Part shown: positions 31,020 to 40,465 of the stretch, in pieces
Layout: every line of letters begins with the position of its first letter
Position numbering within the stretch: the first letter of the stretch is position 1
From: Methanothrix sp.
GTDB lineage: Archaea; Halobacteriota; Methanosarcinia; Methanotrichales; Methanotrichaceae
NCBI GenBank assembly: GCA_963682135.1
Contig: OY821645.1
Span: 736,001-800,000, forward strand
DNA length: 64,000 nt
Direction: 5' to 3'
Translations under genes and position numbers: made by a program
Notes under the pieces: generated by a model
The model's database searches: none
Seen by the model: only the letters and a program-made list of their open reading frames with translations
What the model was told of the DNA's origin: nothing

Positions 31020-31300
31020 TGGGGCTACAAGAGCATCGCAGCGAAATAGAGAGAATAGACGAGCAGATAATAAAGCTCATCTATCGACGCATAGGCATCT
31101 CGAAAAAAATATTTGAGTCCAAGAGGGCGGAAGGAAAGCCGATCAGCGATCCGGAACGCGAAAAGAAGGTTCTATCTCAGGCCATGGACCTGGCAACGGA
31201 ACTGAATCTGGACACAGGAGCCGTCAAGAACATATTCGAGACGCTGATTACGATGAGCGTTAATAAGCAGCACGAACTGCAGGGAAAGAATCAAGGATAA
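31019..31300 (+). CDS. chorismate mutase (AroQ)
   Basis: [19 protein letters not shown]; start overlaps aroK stop. Confidence 0.9.
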   Translation: MGLQEHRSEIERIDEQIIKLIYRRIGISKKIFESKRAEGKPISDPEREKKVLSQAMDLATELNLDTGAVKNIFETLITMSVNKQHELQGKNQG

Positions 31301-31317
31301 TAGAAGGATTTACATCG

Positions 31318-31707
31318 ATGGTCGATATTGCGATAATTTCCGGGTCCAAATCAGATCAGGCAATTGTAGATAAGGTCGTTGCCAGACTTGAGGATCAGGG
31401 AGCGTCATTTGAGCATAAAGTTCTCTCTGCACATCGAAGTCCTCGGGAACTGGAAGATTACATCTCCCAGACGGATGCTCGCGTCTTTATCGGCATTGCC
31501 GGCCTTTCCGCGGCGCTGCCCGGCGTTATCGCCTCAAAGACGAAGCGCCCGGTCATTGGAGTGCCTGTAAGTGCGAAACTGGGCGGCCTGGATGCACTTT
31601 TATCAATTGTTCAAATGCCGCCAGGTGTTCCAGTGGCCTGCGTCGGTATCGATAATGGAGAAAATGCGGCGCTATTAGCCCTTAGAATTCTTCAGTCGGG
31701 AAGATAG
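31318..31707 (+). CDS. purE: N5-CAIR mutase / AIR carboxylase
   Basis: [29 protein letters not shown]. Confidence 0.95.
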   Translation: MVDIAIISGSKSDQAIVDKVVARLEDQGASFEHKVLSAHRSPRELEDYISQTDARVFIGIAGLSAALPGVIASKTKRPVIGVPVSAKLGGLDALLSIVQMPPGVPVACVGIDNGENAALLALRILQSGR

Positions 31708-31754
31708 CTATTTATACAATGTCAGTGAGATAAACGCACCAAAGGTGGGATAGG

Positions 31755-32186
31755 ATGTACAAGCGGATATTGATTGCCACGGATGGCTCAGATAAATCTA
31801 TGACAGCCGCTGAGGAGGGCATGGAGCTCGCTAAGGCACTCGGCGCACAAGTCACAGCACTCTACGTTGTAAATGAGGTCGTTATTGCCAGTGCTGTAAG
31901 ACAGCTTGGAGCCGAAAGAAAGGATGTTGAGGGCAAGCTGGAGGCGGCAGGCAGAAAAGCAGTTGATGCCCTCAAGGCAATGGGCGCCAAAGCTGGCGTC
32001 TCTGTAGATACAATCGTCAGAATAGGAGCTCCCGCAAATGCCGTGATTGATACGGCCGGAGCGGAGAAGGTGGACCTGATTGTCATGGGAAGCCATGGTG
32101 AGTCCGGTGCCTCCAAGTTGCTTATTGGCAGCGTAGTGCAGAAGGTCCTCTACTGGTCTACAGTTCCAGTGCTGGTAGTGAGATGA
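31755..32186 (+). CDS. universal stress protein
   Basis: ILIATDGS, DLIVMGSHG, IGSV, PVLVV. Confidence 0.95.
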   Translation: MYKRILIATDGSDKSMTAAEEGMELAKALGAQVTALYVVNEVVIASAVRQLGAERKDVEGKLEAAGRKAVDALKAMGAKAGVSVDTIVRIGAPANAVIDTAGAEKVDLIVMGSHGESGASKLLIGSVVQKVLYWSTVPVLVVR

Positions 32187-32190
32187 GTTT

Positions 32191-32301
32191 ATGGAAGGAT
32201 TAGTACTTGCTGAATCCCTGCTTTACACCTCGTTTGCAGTTGTGTTTGTGGTTGGTGTGATCCTGGGATTCTTTGTGATCAGCCTCATCGGTTCAAGCTG
32301 A
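32191..32301 (+). CDS. 36-aa single-TM microprotein
   Basis: MEGLVLAESLLYTSFAVVFVVGVILGFFVISLIGSS*, starts 4 nt after usp stop. Confidence 0.6.
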   Translation: MEGLVLAESLLYTSFAVVFVVGVILGFFVISLIGSS

Positions 32302-32401
32302 ATTCTGTTTCAAGAGGTGGGCCGAAGATTTCCGGCCAAACCCCTTATTTCTATTTTTCTAGTCACAAAGATGCCAAAAAAATATATTATGAAAGTCACT
32401 T

Positions 32402-33448
32402 TTAAAAGTATCTTCCCGCTGTCTCCAGGCACCTGGCCACCAGTTCTGCTGCCCGGTCGATATCGCTGATACACAGCACCTCCACCGGCGAATGGATGTA
32501 GCGCGTGGCCACACTGATAACGCCTGTGGGAATGCCGGACTTGGTGAGATAGATGGAAGTGGCGTCCGTGGTGCCCCCGTCCGATGCCTCCAGTTGCATG
32601 GGTATCTCAAACTCCCGGGCCGTGCCTACCATCCACTCGAGGATCTGAGGAGTGGCTATCAGACCGCGACCTGAACCATCAGCCGCCACCACCACCGGTC
32701 CCTTTCCCATCTCTATAGGTGCATCCTTCTTTTCGATGCCGGGATGATCTCCGGGAATGGTCACATCCGCCGCAATGGCGACATCAGGATCCAGGTTGAA
32801 GGCGGCAACCTTGGCACCTTTCAGGCCTACCTCCTCTTGAACGGTGGCCACGGCATAAATAGTGGACGTGGATTTGGTTCTTTTCAGGGCCTCAATCATG
32901 ATTATGAGCCCGGCCCGGTTGTCGAAGGCTTTCCCTGTGACTCTGTCACCTTGCAGAGAGGAAAATGTCCTGTCAATGGAGATGGGCGTGCCGGGCAGGA
33001 TTCCCAGGTCTTCCACCTCCTTTTGACTGGTGCAGCCGATGTCGATGAACATATCTTTGGCCTCTATTATCTTCTTTCTCTCATCATCCTTCATGACATG
33101 GGGGGGCTTGCAGCCGATGACGCCGATAATGGGCCCGGATCTGGTATGAATTACCACTCTCTGGTTGAGCAGTGTCTGGTCAAACCAGCCGCCGATGCGA
33201 ATAAAACGAAGGAATCCCTTCTCATCCACATGTTTCACCATGAGACCGATCTCATCGGCATGAGCCTCGATCATAATGGAGGGGGCCGCACCCTTCTTGG
33301 TGGCTATGAGATTTCCCAGTTTATCCAGGCGAATCTCATCCACATAAGGCGCAATCTCTTCTTTTACTATTTGCTGGATGGATCCTTCCCAGCCGGATAT
33401 ACCATGCGCATTGCTCAATTTTTCCAATAAAGATTTGATATCGCTCAT
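32402..33448 (-). CDS. M42 (TET) aminopeptidase
   Basis: AHADEIG, KAFDNRAG, QEEVGL, GGTTDA, RYIHS. Confidence 0.95.
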   Translation of the reverse strand: MSDIKSLLEKLSNAHGISGWEGSIQQIVKEEIAPYVDEIRLDKLGNLIATKKGAAPSIMIEAHADEIGLMVKHVDEKGFLRFIRIGGWFDQTLLNQRVVIHTRSGPIIGVIGCKPPHVMKDDERKKIIEAKDMFIDIGCTSQKEVEDLGILPGTPISIDRTFSSLQGDRVTGKAFDNRAGLIIMIEALKRTKSTSTIYAVATVQEEVGLKGAKVAAFNLDPDVAIAADVTIPGDHPGIEKKDAPIEMGKGPVVVAADGSGRGLIATPQILEWMVGTAREFEIPMQLEASDGGTTDATSIYLTKSGIPTGVISVATRYIHSPVEVLCISDIDRAAELVARCLETAGRYF

Positions 33449-33480
33449 TTAATCATCTCTCAAAATGCAAATCTAAAATG

Positions 33481-35016
33481 CTAGGCCATCCTCACCCTGG
33501 CACCCTCATTTCTGGCGCGGGTGATGAGAACCTCTCCACCCACTTCTCTCATGGCTTCGCTTGCAGCGGCCTCAATATCCCTACTTCCGGCATCCGTTAT
33601 GGCGTACACAGCCGGCCCAAAGGAGGACAGGCCCGCACAGGCCGCTCCTGCCTGCCGCATCTGCTCCATCAGCTTGTGCACTACAGGATGTTGCAGCATT
33701 ACTTCAACCTTCTTGAAGCCTATCTCCTGCACTCTGTTAACGGCTGCTGCGAAATCATCCAGGCTCTCTTCTACAATGGAAGGCACCATGCGCACCAGGA
33801 TCTGGTAGCATAGCTCATGCACCTCGGCCACAGGCAGGGGGCAATACTCCCGGAATATGTCAACCTCCCTCTTTCCATGAGCGCCCGCCGCGATCTCGGG
33901 CAAAGCCAAAATGATCTTCCAGTCACGAGGAAAGTCATGGCGCATAGTAACCGCCGCCGGTCGCACGCCGCCGCAGGCAGAGGAGGGCGAAAAGCTCATC
34001 TTGTCTTTTCCCGGTCCATAGCTATGCCCGCCGTCAATTAAGAATCCGCCCGCCTCAAAAGCAGCCGTGCCGATGCCGCTGGTTCCTCCCCTATGGATGA
34101 TGCGGGCGATATCGCGCACAGAGAGAGGTTGGCCATAAAGCTCGCACAGAGCCTTTCCCGCAGCAATGCCCAACTGCGTTCCCCCGCCCAGGCCGACATG
34201 CATTCTGTATCCTCTGCGTATTTGCAGACACGCCCCGCCCAGGCCCAGGTGCTTTTGCACCGCACGGGCCGCATCCAGAGCCCGATCTGCATTATCTCCC
34301 ACTGCCACCAGATCCTCACTTCTCTCTGCCTCCAGCAATATGTTTGGCTCATCTAAAGAGACGCCCACGCCGCCGTCAACGCGACCGCTGCTGCCCGTTA
34401 AATCAGTCAGGGTGAGATGCAATCGAGAAGGCGTCTGGATCAAAACCCTCTGCGAATCCCTAAAGCTATTGTAGGGAAAGGTCTCTTTTATGGCGATGAG
34501 CGGCTGACCATGACGAATTATCTGGTAGCTTCTGGTGAGCATAATCTCGCGATCAAAGACGCCAAAGGCCCGGCAATGCTCCTGCTTGGCCGAAGAAAAT
34601 GCCGTGCTCGTTATATCTCGCCGCGATTCGATGCGGTGTTTTTTGAGGATCACTCCTATGGGAATATCGGCCCTGGTGAGGTCATCTTTAAAGCTCGCAT
34701 CGAGCCTTTTTAGGGGTGTATGCGATACAGCATAGACCAAAGCCTCCCGGCTGTTTTCCTTCTTCAAAAGCACTATCCTAAAATTGACCTCTTCTCCCGG
34801 GTTTATCTGCAGCTCTCTTGCCACGGCCTCATCAGCCGGCACAACCCTCTGCACCAGTGTCTCAATCTCGATTGGACTTCCTGTGATCACTTCCAGAAGG
34901 TTGGTTACAGATCCGTCGGTTCCGAGCAAAATCTTTTGTACGGGACTGAGCCTTCCCACAATGCTTTCCAGCTCTAGAATATCTCTTGCAATAGGAGGGG
35001 AAGAAGATCGGACCAT
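33481..35016 (-). CDS. fusion: chorismate pyruvate-lyase-like (DUF98) + beta-RFAP synthase
   Basis: True start probably MVRSS at 35016; LLGTDGSVT..LE, DIPIG, I.E.FP then TPSRLH, RVDGGVG, H.GLG.GTQ, RGGTSGIG, GLSSFGP. Confidence 0.88.
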   Translation of the reverse strand: MVRSSSPPIARDILELESIVGRLSPVQKILLGTDGSVTNLLEVITGSPIEIETLVQRVVPADEAVARELQINPGEEVNFRIVLLKKENSREALVYAVSHTPLKRLDASFKDDLTRADIPIGVILKKHRIESRRDITSTAFSSAKQEHCRAFGVFDREIMLTRSYQIIRHGQPLIAIKETFPYNSFRDSQRVLIQTPSRLHLTLTDLTGSSGRVDGGVGVSLDEPNILLEAERSEDLVAVGDNADRALDAARAVQKHLGLGGACLQIRRGYRMHVGLGGGTQLGIAAGKALCELYGQPLSVRDIARIIHRGGTSGIGTAAFEAGGFLIDGGHSYGPGKDKMSFSPSSACGGVRPAAVTMRHDFPRDWKIILALPEIAAGAHGKREVDIFREYCPLPVAEVHELCYQILVRMVPSIVEESLDDFAAAVNRVQEIGFKKVEVMLQHPVVHKLMEQMRQAGAACAGLSSFGPAVYAITDAGSRDIEAAASEAMREVGGEVLITRARNEGARVRMA

Positions 35017-35064
35017 AAAAATAAATCCTCCGGATGGAATAAAGTTTTTCCCCTTCCAAAGGAA

Positions 35065-36345
35065 ATGAGATCTATGACTTCCAGAATACCGGGATTTTAC
35101 AAGCTTGCTCCTTCCGAGAGGCTTATCGCTGTGGCCAAAGAGGCCGCAATTGGCACAGAAGAGGTCGCGCAGGCAGAGACGGGCCTTCTTCTCGACCAGG
35201 CCGACAAGATGACCGAGAATGTGATCGGATTGTTCCAGGTGCCGCTGGGAATCGCCACCAACTTCGTCATCGATGGCAGGGAGGTGCTCATACCCATGGC
35301 TACCGAGGAGCCTTCCGTCATCGCGGCTGCCAGCAACGGCGCGAGAATGGCGCGGGAAGCGGGCGGCTTTCTTACCTCCAGCACCGGACCGGTTATGCGC
35401 GCTCAGATTCAGGCCACGGGAATAGTCGATCCTTTTGCAGCCCGCCAGGCGATTCTGCTTGCTAAAGATGAGTTGACGAGCATGGCTAACGAAAAGGATC
35501 CCATGCTGGTCAGGTACGGAGGAGGCGTCAAGGATATCGAGGTCTATGTCATCGATTCTAAAATGGGACCGATGGTTGTAACTCACCTCATCGTGGACTG
35601 TCGGGATGCTATGGGTGCCAACGCCGTCAATACCATGGCGGAAGCGCTCGCGCCGCGCATTGAGCAGATCACCGGCGGAAGAGTATACCTGCGCATCATC
35701 TCCAATCTGGCCGATCTTCGACTGGTTCGGGCAAAAGCAGTCTTCAAGGCAGAGGAGATAGGCGGCCATGAGGTAGTGGACGGAATACTTCTGGCGGCAG
35801 AACTTGCCCAGGTAGATCCTTACCGTGCCGCGACCCACAACAAGGGCATCATGAATGGGGTGACGGCCGTGGTGCTGGCTACTGGAAACGATACCAGAGC
35901 CGTTGAGGCCGGGGCGCATGCCTTTGCATCGATTGGCGGACGATACAAATCGCTGACCCATTATGAAAAGAACCGGGATGGAGATCTTGTGGGAACCATT
36001 GAAATGCCCGTAGCTGTGGGCCTGGTAGGCGGAGCGACGCGCGTTCATCCTGTGGCCAAAACGGCTGTGAAAATTCTGGGAGTCAAGAGCGCAGACGATC
36101 TCTCTCGCATCATCGCCGCGGTGGGTCTGTGTCAGAACTTTGCTGCGCTTCGCGCCTTGGCCTCAGAGGGCATTCAGAGGGGACACATGTCTCTGCACGC
36201 CAAGAACGTAGCAGTGCAAGCGGGTGCCAAATGCGATATGATTGAGATCGTCGCCGCCCGCATGGCTGCCGAGCGCAGGATCAGCGTGGACCGAGCCGCG
36301 GAGCTGATGGCCGAGCTGGATAAAAAAGCAAAGGAGAATGTTTGA
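35065..36345 (+). CDS. mvaA: HMG-CoA reductase, class II
   Basis: ENVIG, ATEEPSVIAA, DAMGAN, THNKGIMNG, GHMSLH. Confidence 0.95.
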   Translation: MRSMTSRIPGFYKLAPSERLIAVAKEAAIGTEEVAQAETGLLLDQADKMTENVIGLFQVPLGIATNFVIDGREVLIPMATEEPSVIAAASNGARMAREAGGFLTSSTGPVMRAQIQATGIVDPFAARQAILLAKDELTSMANEKDPMLVRYGGGVKDIEVYVIDSKMGPMVVTHLIVDCRDAMGANAVNTMAEALAPRIEQITGGRVYLRIISNLADLRLVRAKAVFKAEEIGGHEVVDGILLAAELAQVDPYRAATHNKGIMNGVTAVVLATGNDTRAVEAGAHAFASIGGRYKSLTHYEKNRDGDLVGTIEMPVAVGLVGGATRVHPVAKTAVKILGVKSADDLSRIIAAVGLCQNFAALRALASEGIQRGHMSLHAKNVAVQAGAKCDMIEIVAARMAAERRISVDRAAELMAELDKKAKENV

Positions 36346-37163
36346 CCTTGAGCTACAGGATTGGAAGCTTGGGGCCGGAGGGAACCTATTCGGAAAAGGC
36401 AGCTCGCCTCTGGATAAAGAGAAGGCCAGAGGCCAGCCTCGTCTACTTCAATGACTTTGAGGGAGTTCTGGAAGCAGTAGCATCCGGCCAGATTGATGCA
36501 GGCATAGTCCCCGTAGAAAACAGCCTGGAAGGAGCGGTAACTACCGTCATGGATCTGCTTCTTGGATTGGAGACTGTGATTGTGGGAGAGGTAAATGTTC
36601 CCATCAGACACTGCCTGGTAGGCCGGGGAGAGGCCAGCATCAAGGTTATCCTCTCCCACCCCCAGGCGCTGGCCCAGTGCCGACAATACCTGCGCGAGCA
36701 TTACCCAAAAGCCGAGATCAGGACCACAGGCTCCACCAGTCATGCCGCCCGCCTGGCCCAGGAGTTCCCGGAGATGGCGGCAGTAGCCGGTGCGGACACT
36801 GCCGAGAAATATGGACTGCATGTCCTGGCCAGGGAGATTCAAGATGCAAGCGACAATGTTACCCGTTTTATCGTGGCTGCAAGAGAGATGGCAAGAGCCA
36901 CCGGCCGGGACAAGACATCACTCGTCATTTACCTGGATAAGGATCGTCCCGGTGCGCTCTTCTCCATTCTAGAGGAATTTGCCAGGCGCAAAATCAATTT
37001 AACCAGGATAGAGTCACGCCCCAGTCGCAAGGGCCTTGGTGATTACTACTTTTACATCGACCTGGAAGGCCATGTGGATGATAGCGCAGTCGGGCAGGCA
37101 ATAGCCGCCATAAGAGAGAAGGCTTCCATGGTCAGGGTGCTGGGATCGTATCCGAGGGCCTGA
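36342..37163 (+). CDS. pheA: prephenate dehydratase
   Basis: LGPEGTYSE, PVENS, SHPQALAQC, TRF, IESRP. Confidence 0.96.
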   Translation: MTLSYRIGSLGPEGTYSEKAARLWIKRRPEASLVYFNDFEGVLEAVASGQIDAGIVPVENSLEGAVTTVMDLLLGLETVIVGEVNVPIRHCLVGRGEASIKVILSHPQALAQCRQYLREHYPKAEIRTTGSTSHAARLAQEFPEMAAVAGADTAEKYGLHVLAREIQDASDNVTRFIVAAREMARATGRDKTSLVIYLDKDRPGALFSILEEFARRKINLTRIESRPSRKGLGDYYFYIDLEGHVDDSAVGQAIAAIREKASMVRVLGSYPRA

Positions 37164-37185
37164 ACCTTTGAACGGAGATGATTTG

Positions 37186-38007
37186 ATGGCTACGAAAGAG
37201 CGGCCTGGAATTGTCCTTGCTCCCTATGGCACTCTTTTTCCTTCTGCCCTGGCAACTTATAACCAGATCCAAGAGACTTATGAGCACATATTTCCCGGCT
37301 CTCCCATCCGGCTGGCCTTTACCTCCAATCTCATGAGAAAAAGGCTGCAAGAAAAGGAAGGCATCAGCATCCCAGGCATTCAGAATGCGCTTGAGGAGCT
37401 ATGCGATCAGGGATCTCGCAGTGTGGTTGTCCAGTCTCTGCAGATCGTGCCGGGTGGAGAGTTTCACCAGGTGGCGGCCTTGGTTATGGGAATGAAAGAG
37501 AGAGATCCGGCCTTCTCGCGCCTGGAGATAGGCCTACCTCTGCTCTCCAGCCTGCCGGACTGCCGGAATGTTTCATCCCTCATTCCAGCCATATGCAGTG
37601 GAGGCGCATATCACCGGGTCCGGGAGAAAGAAGCGGTGCTTCTGGTGGGCCACGGCAGCGGCCATCCTGCCGATGCTCTCTATTCGCTGATGTACCAGGT
37701 CATAAGAGAGGAGCATGAGAATGTCTTCCTGGGCACGATCGATGGCTTTTGCGGCATTGCCGGCCTCTTGCCGGATCTGCTCGGCTCTGGGCGAAGAGCT
37801 GTGCGGCTCTTGCCATTTATGCTCGTAGAGGGAGGACACGCAGAAAACGATATCTTCGGCCCGAGCCCCGAGTCCTGGAAAAGCATTTTGGAGAAAGCTG
37901 GGTATGAAGTTGTGGCTGATCGGCGCGGCCTGGGAGATAGAGCGGAAATAGTCTCTCTATTCCTGGAGCACACCAGAAATGCCCTGCAAAGAATGAAAAA
38001 AGGGTAG
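37186..38007 (+). CDS. cbiK: sirohydrochlorin cobaltochelatase (CbiK-type)
   Basis: AFTSN, VQSLQIVPGGEF, GHG..H, PFMLVEGGHA.ND. Confidence 0.85.
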   Translation: MATKERPGIVLAPYGTLFPSALATYNQIQETYEHIFPGSPIRLAFTSNLMRKRLQEKEGISIPGIQNALEELCDQGSRSVVVQSLQIVPGGEFHQVAALVMGMKERDPAFSRLEIGLPLLSSLPDCRNVSSLIPAICSGGAYHRVREKEAVLLVGHGSGHPADALYSLMYQVIREEHENVFLGTIDGFCGIAGLLPDLLGSGRRAVRLLPFMLVEGGHAENDIFGPSPESWKSILEKAGYEVVADRRGLGDRAEIVSLFLEHTRNALQRMKKG

Positions 38008-38188
38008 CATGCCAATACGGGATGACTTTCTAGCAGCTGAAGATATAATCTATTTTGACCAACAGGTATTTAGACTAGTGCATGCATTTCGTGAAGGTTG
38101 CAATGGCATCGATCCAAGGAACATTTAGTGAGATGTTTTTGTGGCATAAGTCGATTCTTTGAGTCGATAAAACGGTAAGTGAGTTAAA

Positions 38189-38389
38189 ATGGAAAGATAC
38201 GGAAGCGGCAGCAGAGGCGGCTTTAGCAGCGGCCCCAGAGAGATGCACGATGCCACCTGCGCAGAGTGCGGAAAGACATGTCAAGTTCCCTTCAAGCCCG
38301 ATGGATCCAGGCCCGTGTATTGCAGCGATTGCTACCAGAAGCACAAGCCTGCAAGATCAGGTTCATCCAGGCCACCCAGAAGATACTGA
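38189..38389 (+). CDS. CxxC-x17-CxxC zinc-ribbon protein
   Basis: PREMHDATCAECG...VPFKP..RPVYCSDCY. Confidence 0.92.
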   Translation: MERYGSGSRGGFSSGPREMHDATCAECGKTCQVPFKPDGSRPVYCSDCYQKHKPARSGSSRPPRRY

Positions 38390-38459
38390 GTAGCTTGATA
38401 ATTATTTAATCAATCTGTCCTGGCAAGACGCGATCATTCGCAACTTGCGGATCAGATAA

Positions 38460-38492
38460 GCAGGGCCAAAAGGGTTGGTTCCTGCCTTTTTT
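38460..38492 (+). terminator. hairpin plus T-tract downstream of CxxC-x17-CxxC gene
   Basis: GCAGGGCCAA...TTGGTTCCTGC followed by C TTTTTTT. Confidence 0.55.
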
Positions 38493-38690
38493 GATTCTCA
38501 AAAACCTTGTACGGCTGATTAATTACAACATCTATCCTTTCGGCTTTTTCGCTGAAATTGCTCATGACAGGATAATGATTTAATATTAGAAAGAAATAGT
38601 GATAGCAATGCAACTTATAGAAAAATTCTTAGACGATACCCTAGTGGATGATATCCTTAAAGAAGCAGCCGATGGATACGGAGACCAGAT

Positions 38691-39200
38691 ATGGATTTTA
38701 TAAATGAAAAAAAGGTGCACTATTCGTCAGGCTCATGTGCCAATTGCGGCAACATTGCATCAGCCGCAAAGGCAGCGCACCGCACTGACGAGATGAAGCT
38801 GTGCAACTCCTGCCTGGAAGAACGACATATCATATTAGACGATATGAGGAGCAATGTAAGAAAGCAATTCGATTTGGCCCGATCACCAAACCTGCGCAGT
38901 TGCTTCTTGAAGATGCTTCTCCATAAAGAGGTAGACCTTGCCCCTGCCGGCTGGAGAACCGGAATGGCACTGGGATTAGAACTGAAGGACGCAGGCTTTG
39001 CCCTTCAAGAAACACGGCAAATCCTGCTCCAGGCAAAAGCGAATTCAAATGTGGTGGACAGGCTTCTGGATAATATCTACCGGAAGAAAGGTAAGTGCTC
39101 TTTGGCTTGCGAGCAGATCCGGGGGCTGAATGTGACCTGTGATCAATGCCCCGGTCAATACAGGATAGCTTCGCGTGAACACAGCACAGAGATATGCTGA
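38691..39200 (+). CDS. Zn-finger plus primase-large-subunit-C-terminal-like protein
   Basis: CANC...CNSC then SCF...ALGLEL..AG...ACEQIR...CDQC pattern reminiscent of PriL Fe-S domain. Confidence 0.5.
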   Translation: MDFINEKKVHYSSGSCANCGNIASAAKAAHRTDEMKLCNSCLEERHIILDDMRSNVRKQFDLARSPNLRSCFLKMLLHKEVDLAPAGWRTGMALGLELKDAGFALQETRQILLQAKANSNVVDRLLDNIYRKKGKCSLACEQIRGLNVTCDQCPGQYRIASREHSTEIC

Positions 39201-39270
39201 TAGAGACATGCTAAGAGAGAGATGCCGATACAGCAGAGTATAATTACCTGAATGTCGTTTCAGTAGATAG

Positions 39271-39639
39271 ATGGCTGAAAAGAAGAACTACTGGGATATG
39301 CAAAAGTCGTTCTGGAAGACACCTGCAGGAATTGCGATATGGATACTGCTCCTGTCGGCAATCCTGGTCGGCGGCCTGCTGGCCCTCAACGTCTTTGGTT
39401 CCCCTTATCCGATAATAGAGTCATTTCATGCTGATCCCGTGGTCGTAAGACCCGGCGGCGCCAGCAACTTGAGCTGGAGCGTGATCGGCGCAAGCCAGGT
39501 GAAGATCGACCCGGGAGTGGGCGAGGTAGCGCTCAGGGGCTTTATAAATGTAGAGCCATTCGAGACTACTACTTATAGGATTACAGCGATAAACGGATCG
39601 ATAAATAGATCCACGACGCTCAGAGTAATGGTAGAATAA
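39271..39639 (+). CDS. membrane-anchored Ig-like protein
   Basis: One TM helix then beta-rich P.I.SF...L.WSV...TTY.ITA.N. Confidence 0.75.
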   Translation: MAEKKNYWDMQKSFWKTPAGIAIWILLLSAILVGGLLALNVFGSPYPIIESFHADPVVVRPGGASNLSWSVIGASQVKIDPGVGEVALRGFINVEPFETTTYRITAINGSINRSTTLRVMVE

Positions 39640-39676
39640 GTCTCTTATCATTTGAAAAGATCAAGGGGGTCAGGTC

Positions 39677-40387
39677 ATGATTTCCAACTCGACGTGCAAT
39701 ATCGGGAGTAAAGCCGGATCATCAAATATACTATTACTACTAATATTTTGTATTTCATATTCGCTCATTATCATTCCCACTATTGTCTCCGCTTCCCAGG
39801 ATGAGGCATATGGGATAGTCACGAATGTTGTTGATGGTGATACCTTCGACGTTACCATGGAGAAGGCCAATGAAAAAGTGCTCTACCGCGTGGAGCGAAT
39901 TCGCCTGGCTGATGTCGATTCACCGGAAATGAAATCAGAAAAGGGTCCAGCTGCAAGGGATTTTACCTATGCGGTGCTCATGAACAAGAGGGTCTTCCTT
40001 GATATCGACGATTTTTCAGAAAACGGTCGGGATAGCTATGGCAGGATGATATGTGTGGCATATCTCTCTGGATTTTACGGCCAGCCGATAGCTGCACCCA
40101 ATTTCAACCGCCTTTTGGTGGACAGCGGACACGCCGGATTGGATAACTTCACCAATAATGAGTTTGATCCCCAGGATTGGAGGTCCACAAAGGCTCCAGG
40201 GACTTATGCCCAGCCATTGCAGGGTCTGGGGTCCGACCTCAAGAAGAATTTCACCGAAGATCTGCTCCCCCGGCTACAGGAGTCGGCAGGACAGGAGTTG
40301 AACAAGGCGGCCGCAGAGAGCTGGGATTGGCTAAAGGGACAGATAGGGGTTGGAATCGCTAATAGTAATAAAGCCGGGCCTAGCTAG
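39677..40387 (+). CDS. secreted thermonuclease (SNase) family protein
   Basis: VVDGDTF, IRLADVDSPE, DSYGRM, N..LV..GHA. Confidence 0.9.
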   Translation: MISNSTCNIGSKAGSSNILLLLIFCISYSLIIIPTIVSASQDEAYGIVTNVVDGDTFDVTMEKANEKVLYRVERIRLADVDSPEMKSEKGPAARDFTYAVLMNKRVFLDIDDFSENGRDSYGRMICVAYLSGFYGQPIAAPNFNRLLVDSGHAGLDNFTNNEFDPQDWRSTKAPGTYAQPLQGLGSDLKKNFTEDLLPRLQESAGQELNKAAAESWDWLKGQIGVGIANSNKAGPS

Positions 40388-40405
40388 AGCAATGATTGAT
40401 ATTTG

Positions 40406-40436
40406 ATGAATACCCCGCAGCTTGCTGCGCGGGTGC
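40406..40436. mobile_element. short IS200/IS605-like palindromic end remnant
   Basis: ATGAATACCCCGCAGCTTGCTGCGCGGGT forms a CCGCAGC/GCTGCG hairpin at the island edge. Confidence 0.45.
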
Positions 40437-40465
40437 GCCGCCGCAATTTCACTTTGTGCGAGAAA

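Noticed and set aside
35017-36048. 855-aa ORF N-terminal extension of the RFAP synthase fusion
   Set aside because: It is the antisense shadow of the HMG-CoA reductase gene; recognisable sequence starts at 35016.
35065-36345. Bacterial-type class II HMG-CoA reductase as a novelty
   Set aside because: Class II enzymes are already known in several archaeal lineages.
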